Below the pieces are notes generated by a model. That model had not been told where the DNA came from and made no database searches. It worked only from the letters and a program-made list of their open reading frames with translations. The translations under genes and the position numbers were made by a program. Source: Psammoneis japonica (Eukaryota). Taken from it: DNA of 64,000 bases. Below, piece after piece: positions 22,120 through 32,019 of the stretch. The stretch spans positions 62,001 to 126,000 of the forward strand of contig QPGO01000184.1 of assembly GCA_008632985.1 (NCBI GenBank). The letters are read 5' to 3'. The first letter of the stretch is position 1, and each line of letters opens with the position of its first letter.

Positions 22120-25100
22120 TGATGTGGCTGCGGTCAGCCGTGTGACAAGTGACAAGTCGACGCCGGGGAGGTACCCGGAGTCATGGCGGGTTCATTCATG
22201 CCCAACCCCAATCGAAAAATGCCGGCAGGGTTTTTCGACCACAACAAAAAGCGCAATGGCAACTTTTCATGATGCTCTTTGTTCGTTGCAAATGGTTCAT
22301 GGCGGTTCGTTTGGTGAAGAGAAAAGCACACCTTCATGATCTCGTTTTCGAGGCACGTTGTCATTTTGGGGGAAATGGATCTGGCCGGCTTTTTGCTGGA
22401 TGACACTGTCTGATGAACAAGTCGCAGCTGCCAGTGGAGCTTCAAACATGTGGCATTTGTTTCCACTGGAGTGGTGACATTGGTGGGTGGAGTTGGTGAG
22501 AGACATTGATGGGGGATGCCATGCTTGCACTGCCAATTGACCCATTTTGTTTGTTCATGAGATGACATTGTGGCACCATGACTTGACGGTTCCGGCTGAG
22601 GATTTGCAGCTGGGAGAGTGTTGGCCGACACGCTGAACAAGAAATTGTGCCCCATTTGTTGCTGTCCATGGGGGTGCACTGACTGCACACATTGTGAGAG
22701 TGAGTTTCCTTTGGATTTCATCATGGCACCCATGACAAAGACTTTTAAAAAGTGGAGCCACACATGGTCAACAAAACATGTCAGATTGATTGACAACATT
22801 TCTTCTTCCCTTTGACTTGTCTCATGTGCAGAATGCAGTGCATCATTTTTTCCTTCTTGTGTTGTGTGGTCACAAAAAATGCAAACCACAACGGCTCCAG
22901 AACAAAGGCCAAGGCAAAAACAGAGCTGCGCGTGAGCAATGTCAACATGTGTGATTTAGCGGCAAAGATGACATTGTCTGATGAGCAAGTCGCAGCTGCC
23001 AATGGAGCTTCAAACATGTGACGTGTGGCAACATTGGTGGGTGGAGTTGGTGAGAGACATTGGTGGGGGATGCCATGCTTGCACTGCCAATTGACCCATT
23101 TTGTTTGTTCATGAGATGACATTGTGGTGCCATGACTTGGTGGTTCCAGCTGAGGATTTGCAGCTGGGAGAGTGTTGGCCGACATGCTGAACAAGAAATT
23201 GCACCTCATTTGTTGCTGTCCATGGGGGTGCACTGACTGTGCACATTGTGAGAGTGAGTTTCCTTTGGATTTCATCATGGCACCCATGACAAAGACTTTT
23301 GAAAAGTGCAGAACAAAAAGAAGAAAACTTGTTGGGTTTGGTTGCATCCGGACCATTTTGCTCGGCAAGAAGATTTGGTGCACAGCAAGGGTCGATGGCG
23401 GATTGAGCCTTCTGTCTGGCACACATCAAAAGGTCCAGCGATGATGACCTGTCAAGAGCATGACCAAGGACATGACAAATGACATGTTCATCCGCCTGCA
23501 CATCCATGTTCAAATCTGCCCAGCAAAAGTGCTGATGTTGTTTTTGAGTGTGGGGCCCACCATGGAAGCACTTTGCACCCGGCACAATGTGACACCTGTT
23601 GCCCTTGCACCATCAGCTGTAGCTTGTTTCATTTGAAGGAGGTTTTCCATGCCTGGGTCATTTGGGAAATCTTGATTCCAGAATCACCTCTAAACAGGGA
23701 ACAAGCATGGACCCTCCTGTTGTTGTTGGCAGCCCTGCATTGGCTCGTCAATGTTTTTTGAATGGATGGAAGGGTGGTGCATCTGACGTTGAACCATCTG
23801 GAGTGTCAGCCATGCTGTGGTGTGCTTGAGTGCAATTGCACCTGAGCTGCAGCATTGATTTCAGGATGTGGCGGCTCCATCCTCACTCCTGTCCTCCTGA
23901 GACAGCTCTGCAGCTTTCTCCGGCTGGCCCAGATTCAATCATCTCACACATTCTTTGGAGTGAGGGGAGTCACACAGTTGCCAACAACCAAGCCATCCCA
24001 AACTGGCAATCCACAATTGTCATCAACACACAGCATTTGTGTCTGCTGGCAATGATGCGCCAAGTTGACATCATTGCCATGTGTTGGCTCAACACAGTTG
24101 CACTGCACTGAATTGTTGCTCATCTGTGGACCTTGTTCAAAATGACTGCTGCATGTCTGACTTGTGGCCTGTCCTCAAAAAGGACCAGTTCAAACAATTG
24201 TGCTCCAGCCAACATTGCAATCCATTCCCAGCTTTTGCATGGTGGGAGTCGCAGCAACCTTTTTTGTTTTAAAGCTGTGCCTGATTGTTTGTCTCCTTTC
24301 ATTTGAAATGCAGATGCCACACGAGGCACGTGCAACTTGTCTTGTTCATTGTCATCCATGTTGTTTGGCATCAGTGCAGCATGAAACTCTGTGGATGCAT
24401 CAGCATTGCCACTGGGAGAAGTCTCGAAATTGCCAACGTGGTTGTGACCATTTGGGGGGAGTCTCAAGCCAGCTGCTGCTAAAAAATGTCTGCTCCTCAG
24501 TGCCTTTGGGGGGTTGCCAGCACCTGGTGCAATTCTGCAGCACGTGCACAAGAAGATGACGAGTCTGTCCGCAGCTTTCACGGCTGGAGACTTCCCCCAC
24601 ATTGAACATTGATGGACCTGCACCATGATGACAGCCGCGCGGCCCTCATTCTTTCTCTGCCTTGTGGGTTTGGGTGGACAACATCACAAACATGAGAAAG
24701 ACAAAGTGTTGGTCCTGGTTTGGATTCAAAGGGACCAGCAACAGGGGACGGACTGTGTGGAAACAGCAGCAAGGAAGTCTTTGCAGCCACAGCACATTTT
24801 GCCATGAAGATGAGGGCAATGAGAGACGATTCGATGTGTCATGTGCAAACGAGCAAAAGTTGGCTTGTTGCTTTCCACTGCGCAGTGATGGTCCAAGCTC
24901 GATGGCATGTCTTGCTCTCGCGACAAGCTGGTTTCGAGAAAACCCCACCAGCAAAAGAAAGAGATTCATCGGAAAGCAATGCAACCTCATCCTTGCCATC
25001 ATCCTTTGTTGTTTCCATCAGATTCATTGTCGACAACTGATGCCCTTGTCAAGGAACAAATGAAGATGGCTGCACATGCCGACATGCGCGGGTCTGGAAT

Positions 25101-26440
25101 GAACAACAAAAAGATCAAATGGGTGTGTTTGCCGCTGAATGAATGCTTGATTGTGCTTTTCTCATGATGCTCTCAGATGTCTGTCGTTTGTCATGCAGGA
25201 ATTGTTGCAAGTTGGTTGACTGATTGGGACAAAGAAGAAACCAACAACAGCTCAATTGAGCCAGTTTTTAACTGCACACATTCTGCTGCCATTGCTGTCC
25301 GAATGCTTGACAACAAGGAAGTGTCTTCTCCTCTCAGTGGGTCATAAAATGAGCACGCACTTTGGGGCTGCAGTGGAAAGGAACACCTCGCGTTGATCAA
25401 CGCAGCCAGCTTAACAAGCTCGGGCAGAGGCATTCAATGCGGGAAGTCCTCAAAAAGGAGCTGGTCTCATGTGCGTCATGATGTGAGGTGTGCACGGTGC
25501 AGCACAACATTTGGAATTTTGAACATGCACTGTTGCATTTTTTGTTTTTGTTTTTCCAATTCTGTGCGCATCCTTGCATTCACACATCCGATGGGTTGGA
25601 CACTGTGTCGCTCAAAACCGAGTGCGGCAAGCAGTCCCAAGACCGCAAGGATTGTGCAAATTCAAATTGTCATTCACATGAAAAGGGCAGCCAACTCATC
25701 CATTTTGTTTGCCTTTAGCCTTTTCGCAGGTGGTTCCGCCAAATCCATTTGGCTGTCACTTGACTTCCTCTTTCTGGGGTTTGGGCTTGGGAAGGCCAGA
25801 CGGCGTCATGGAGCACACATCACAGTCGCTCCATGATGGCCACAAGGTTTGCAATCTTTGAAGAGACGACTGGCTTGGCAGGCCATTTCATGACAGGTGC
25901 CTCCTCACTCCTTTCAAATGGAGTTGTCGAGGAAGCTGTGAAGTGCGATTCTTCTGTGGAAGCAATGCTTGGTTCATCTGGAGCTGGTGTTTCAGAGGGT
26001 GTTGAAATTGCAAGCTTCTTGGTGGGCTTGGTCAATCCCCTTCCAGTCGTGATTTGCACTCGTCCAAAAAGGTCAGTTCGTTCGTCAATGTCTGCCTTGT
26101 CTTTTTCTGCTTGGGATGAAATTTCCATTCGTCTAAAACGTTCAACCAGGTCGTCTAACTCTCCATTGTCTTCTTCACCACTGGGCACTTGATTGTGCAG
26201 GGGCTTGGGGACTCTGTTGTTTGGTTCAACACGGGGTGCTAGATTGCACAGGGGTGCCGTAACAAGGACTGGAAAGCTGGACGGAAGCAGTCGATGCTGT
26301 GGTTTCATCTGACACAGGGGCGCCACAAGGAGTGGACAGCTGGACAGAAACTGCAGACGTTGTCGTTTAGTCCGACACAAGGGCGCCGCAAGGATGAGTG
26401 GAAGGGCCAGACAGAAATGGCCAATGTCATCGTTTAGTCC
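22120..26440. other. TpA-depleted hypermutated block B
   Basis: Only about 16 TA sites seen by eye over ~4.2 kb, about 13 of them YTAR. Confidence 0.9.
22400..23306. repeat. Diverged direct duplication (~22400-22752 vs ~22969-23306)
   Basis: Alignable throughout; substitutions are mostly transitions, many at TA/CG/TG/CA positions. Confidence 0.9.
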
Positions 26441-27350
26441 GATGCGGGTTGCAATGTCCATGGGTTGGGCATTCGCAGTTGATAAAATAGAACGCACAAC
26501 ATCAACCGTGAGGAGTTTTGCAGGCGATGTGACGCGCGCAAGAGGCGTTGGCATGTTTCCCGGCGTTGGACAATCATTTGAAAGCGGGAACTCGAAGATC
26601 GCCGCAGCCAAAACCGAGGGACTGGAACTCGTGTTGTCAAACTTAAGCAAAAAATTTCCACGGACGTTCAGATTGGGGGGCATGCGGAAGTTTTTGAGGC
26701 CTTTGGTGACGAAAGACTCGATTTGGCTCACGTTGGTCGCGGAGGATTTGAACTCAATCCCGACACAAACGGAGGTTGGAGCGCAAGCGAGAAAGACTTT
26801 CTTCGAGTCCAAGGTAGAATTGACAGCCTTGAAAGGCACATTGAGGGGATGGACTTTGCCAAGGGCTTGGGCGAGTCCGGAATTGGGCGTGATCGGAAGC
26901 CGGTGAATGCGCTCGACCTGGGTCGCGCATGATTTGAACTCATTCGCGACACAAACGGAGTTGGAGCGCAAGCGAGAAAGACTTTCTTCAAGTCCACGGT
27001 AAAATTGACAGCCTTTAAACGCACATTGAAGGAATGGACGTTGCCAAAGGCTTGGGCGAGTCCGGAATTGGGAGTGATCGGAAGCTGGTGAAGCCTCTGA
27101 GCCACGCCTCGTACGACATGCGGGTGGAGCTCTCATGTATAACAATCGACAGAGTCTTTTTTGTCGGCGTGGCAACAACGTCGTGAGTCGTGTCCGCTTC
27201 TTCATCGTCGCTGCGATTCGAGTTTGCTTTCAAAGCGAACAAGGTCAAGACGGAAACGGCGGCAAGAGGATCGTTGCGGGTCAAAGCAACGACACCACCA
27301 GAGATGATAGTAGAAGAGAGGATGGTAACGACGGTCGAAGAGAATTTCAT
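25820..27350 (-). pseudogene. Degenerate or frameshifted gene of unknown function with ~185-bp and ~60-bp internal repeats
   Basis: Signal-like N-terminus MKFSSTVVTILSS (27350) in a different frame from the 461-aa ORF; repeats 26745-26907 vs 26932-27092; 3' half lies in block B and lacks Tyr. Confidence 0.45.
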
Positions 27351-30168
27351 TGCTGTTGTACAAAGACGACAATGGTCTGATATTGTGTCTCGCTCTGAGA
27401 GTTTGTGCTCGCGCTGTTCAGACTTTGCGTGAGAAGGGCTTTCGTACTGAGGCTACGTAGATTCTACGACCACGTCGGAGCTCACAAAATTCTGTTTGCG
27501 ACTGGTTTCAGCAACGGGAATGGAAAGTGCCCCGCCCTGGAGCACGGGTTGGTTTCGTGAATTATTGGGCCAGCACCTCTTCTGGGAGGGCAAGGCATAC
27601 TCAAACCACTCACATCTCGTCAACGGCTTTGTGCGTTTCACTACAGTAGGGCCCTCTAGCTCTAGCAGTAGCTCTATTAGAGTAGCAAACGGCGGAAACG
27701 GAAATCCTTTGCAAACGAAAAATTTACGCAACAACACGATAACGCTGTCGAAGGTGTTGCGCGAATAAGTTCGTATGAAAGAGTGTACTGATAGAACCTT
27801 TGTCCAAGAAGTAGCTCGTCCAAATCTATTCAATTCCTTTATCGACAAACGAATTATAACGCTACAAAAATCAACTTGCAAATTTGTATTACGATACAGG
27901 AACGCTTTCTTCATGTGCCTGCCATAACATCGCACATCGTCAAAGAGAAATGGATGGTTTCTTGAATCTGTATTAATAGACTCCCTTGAGACATCGAGAG
28001 AGTTAAAACTAACTTGTTCTGCTTTCTTCACAAACCAACATTGGCTACAATATGTACAGTCTACATAAATCTCGTAAAGCGCATTCCAATTCGACTCGAC
28101 AACGCGTTGTTAGAAGAATCGCAACTTGTTGATTCGATGATCTCTTCCCAAAAAGGCGGTACAATCATCCTCCTTGCACAGAGATACTTGTTCAAGTGCA
28201 GCTTGTTGAATGCTCATTGGAACGGGCTGCTCGTCACTTGATTCTTTTTCATAATCTTGTTCTTCTTTTGACGACACTTGTAGAGTAATAGTGCTGGTGG
28301 TGCTATTGTTCAACGACGAGTCCTCGTCCACATGGGTGAAATTATCATGAAACACATTGTTTTCCCTTCGTCTCGTATTCCCATTTCGATTGGGATGTAA
28401 ATTTCCAGAAGTAGTACCATCACTCACATCGGTGGCGGAACTACCAAACACAAGTGGCTCTTCGGTTCCCTCGGTTAATGTTGAAATGATCTTCGTCGGA
28501 ATGTGGCAAGCCAAATCCGTGGCCCGATTCGTGGCACCTATAAATCATAGATGGATAGATGGATTATCGAGTACAGTAAGACACGGGTGAGGTGCGAAGA
28601 GCACCGAGTACCGAGACGTCCATACAGGAGGATGTTGTGCTCCATACTACGTATTGCATCGTCAAGTACATCGCTGAGAACGACCCATCTCATCCATGGC
28701 ACAAGTACTGCTCGAAGAACTAAGGGCGATACAAGTTCCAGATGGATTTGGCTCGAGAGATCATTAGCTGCGGGATAGCACTGGATTGGAAGGACCCTGC
28801 GGACGAAGAGTCAAAACCAAAATGGATGAGGAGACTTGGGTGTGCGCCATGTGACTGCAAGTGTTGCTTCTTCTTCGCCGATGGACTCACCCACGGGATC
28901 GACCACCGTAGGAGAACGCGTGCAGCTCCCCATGACGCACCAGCTATTGTTTGCCAGAATGACAGTAGCCAAGTTTCAGATTTCAATCCACAAGGTTCCA
29001 ATCATGCTACCAAAAGATTCTTGACATTTCTACTGAAAACTTGACGAAGGAAGAGATGAACAGGTTGTGCCGCTAGACGAGGCTTGGGTGCAGAACATGC
29101 GCGGACCACGAAGTGACGATCTGCGAGCCTTGCAGGCAACATACAACCATGATATGGGCTAAAATGGGGCAACGTTAAGAACTGCATGCAATAATGTAAA
29201 TGGATCTTCGTAGCGCTTGCCAGATTCGTGCTAAAGTAGAGGCCGTTTGAAAAGTTGGTTTTCACGATAATACAACAATGTGTTAGAAAACAAAAGCAGC
29301 CTATGCAGCATCAAGCATAGAAATGCACTTGCATTGCCGTATACATGTTACTGACTTACATTGTTCTTGCCCATAGCTGGGGCTGCCACCGTTCAAATGC
29401 TCGTGCACAGGAGTCATACGTCATACCATTAAAGCCCACGAATTTCGGTGAAAATGCCTCTTGTCGTTTTTCGTCGGACCCCCTCCCATCTCGAGATCAA
29501 AAAAATGCCAACAATCGGTATGGAAGTCCTTCGCATATTATTCTATTAGAGTAAGCCCTGGAGGTGTACGAAAGTCTACGAAACAAGTGAGAAATGAAAT
29601 ACAAACCTCGTTGGCGATCGGTGATTTTGAGAGAAAAGCGTGCGAGACTACTGCTCTCCACGCTTACGTCAAGCGAAACACAAGATAGATTTCGCACGGC
29701 GAGCCATCATTACGAAAAGGAGGACTTCTCCAATCTCTGTCCATTCCCATTCGCAGCACAAACAATCCTCAACATCGATAACATACACCAGTAGCAACAA
29801 GAAGATTGATGTCAGCGTAGTGCAACAGATAAGAAAATATTTTGAAATATTTGTATATAATAGCAACACAAATACTTATTGGTTTTGATGTTTTGCTTAT
29901 TGAAATTCAGAACCTCAGTCGTGCTTTCTCCGCAACGCCTCCACGATCGGACGACGACGGACGAAAAGATCGCGAAGATATATATCGCTAGCTATAGCTA
30001 GACTATGATAGACTACACCGGTACATAGCGATAGCTTGCCGTCACCTTCGCAGAGGGGCAGAGAGCAGAGACAGAAATTATTTGTGTTGCAATCACAACT
30101 TCCCCCTAACCAATAAAGAAACATCTTGGGCAGCGCAGTGTTGAAAAACAATCCAAGCGAACAATAAC

Positions 30169-31973
30169 ATGGCGGCGAAAGTCGAGGTTTCAGAATTGCC
30201 TTCTGTGCAAGTCGGCAAAGACGAGACGACGATTCGTTGCTTCTCACTCTCCACGCAGGGCATTTTCGTCGAGCTCTGTACTCTCGGTGCGTCCATTACC
30301 AAATTCATCGTTCCTTCCTTTGATAACAACAATACCGGTACACACGACATTTTACTTGGACACAAGTCTCCAAAAGAAATGTTTGAGTGTAAGAATCCTC
30401 CTTATTTTGGTGCAATTGTTGGACGGGTCGCTAATCGCATCGCCAAGGGAAAATTTACTCTATCAAACAAACAAGGAGAGAGGACAACTTATCAGCTTGA
30501 AACAAACTGTGGACCAAATCACTTACACGGCGGAAGCGGGGGCTTTAGTCATTGCATTTGGGATGCAGAGATTGTTGATATTTCCACGCAGGACGATGCA
30601 TCTTGCATGAAGGCTGTCAAATTTTCACTGCTGAGCAAAAACGGTAATCAGGGATACCCCGGAACTGTCCAAGCCACAGCCACCTACTCGCTCGTACCCA
30701 AAAAGCATTCTGGAGCTCTATTGCGTCTCGTCATGGCGGGCCATTTGCAAGATGACGACAATAAGGCAACGCCTTTTAATTTGGCACAGCATTCCTACTT
30801 TAATCTGGGCAACCACAGTGATCCAGACGGCGTTCTGAACCAACGACTGCTTCTTCCGTCTCGAGCATACACTCCTGTAGATGAAACGTTGATTCCAACC
30901 CGAGAGGTGAAGTCCCTTGATACAGATCCTGCCATGGATTGGCGTAAAGGCAAGTTCATCAAGGAAGCCCTCATTGGTTATGGCACCGAGAAGGCGGGCC
31001 TTTCCTTCGAGCAAGCCACTCGTAATGTTTCCACCACGGTAAGACAATCAACACCATACGTTGTGGCCACTGCAGGCGACAAGAGCCCCACGCCGGGTGA
31101 ACCTTATGGGTTTGATCACAATTACGTTATTGACAAAGGGACTAGTAGCAAGGACGGATTGAATTTGGCGGGTGTCCTCCAACACGACAAGACAAAACGA
31201 CAGTTGTCGATATGGACTGATGCACCCGGTGTCCAGCTATACACGGGAAACTTTCTCGACGGCGTTTCACTAGACAGCTCGTATTGCAAAGACAATGCCG
31301 CCTACAAGCAGTGGCAGAGTGTTTGTCTGGAAACACAGCACTATCCGGACTCCATCATGAGTGATGATGATACATCATACCGGAGGTATGTGAATAGTAG
31401 CGAACTTTTTTTCAGGATCGCCTCGCAGACCCCAAGACCCATATATCGGTGGAAAGCTCTCGACGAGCTGAACAAGGTCAAACGCATGTTGTATCGGTCG
31501 GAGTGAGCGGAAAGCGAATGTTTGTCGTTGAAAATTTGGTATTTATTTAAGGAAAAATAACGGTTATATTCGCCTTTTTCTAATTGATTTTTGTATTTAT
31601 ATACAAACATTAGTCGTATCATAAATTTGACATTTAATCCGGAGTTCCGAAATCTCATACAGGATTGTATACTATATAAATTACTTATGGGACACCTTGT
31701 TTCTATACTTTGCTCTTGCTCTACAGCTCTCACAACTGAAGATATCGAAAAAAGGCTTTCGTCAGTCGCTGCAACTGGGTGTGTTTTAGTGACTGACGAA
31801 AGCCGATTTTCGATAAGTATTTTTGTTGTCGAGATTTTTCAATAGCAAAAATAACTTCGCCACTATTTACATACCTCCGGTACATGGAGTTTGCCAGAGG
31901 CAAGTGCCCTATACTCCGTCCCGATGCACGAGATTACTCTCACGCTGTTGAATATCACGTGGAAGCAATGTGA
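30169..31973 (+). CDS. galM: Aldose 1-epimerase (galactose mutarotase), interrupted near its 3' end by a MITE
   Basis: Motifs YFGAIVGRVANRI, NHLHGG, GYPG, NLAQHSYFNL, GFDHNY, PGVQLYTGNFLDG, CLETQHYPDS; true C-terminus GKCPILRPDARDYSHAVEYHVEAM* at 31899-31973. Confidence 0.9.
31380..31880. mobile_element. 501-bp MITE with ~30-bp TIRs and TA target-site duplication (Tc1/mariner-type)
   Basis: Left TA|ccggaggtatgtgaatagtagcgaa; right end reverse-complement ccggaggtatgtaaatagtggcgaa, followed by TA at 31881-31882; AT-rich interior; removal restores ...TSYMEFARGKCPILRP. Confidence 0.93.
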
Positions 31974-32019
31974 ATTGCACTTCAGAATTATGCGGGTTGC
32001 GCATTTGGTGGCTTAGTGC

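Noticed and set aside
23420..23600. Possible retrotransposon integrase zinc-finger relic (FHGG...FCWADLNMDV)
   Set aside because: Similarity too weak to call without a profile search.
28110..29265. Possible minus-strand multi-exon gene
   Set aside because: No recognisable motif or consistent splice model could be built by eye.
31386..31506. C-terminus of the 445-aa galM ORF (YVNSSELFF...)
   Set aside because: Read-through into the MITE; the conserved C-terminus lies at 31899-31973.
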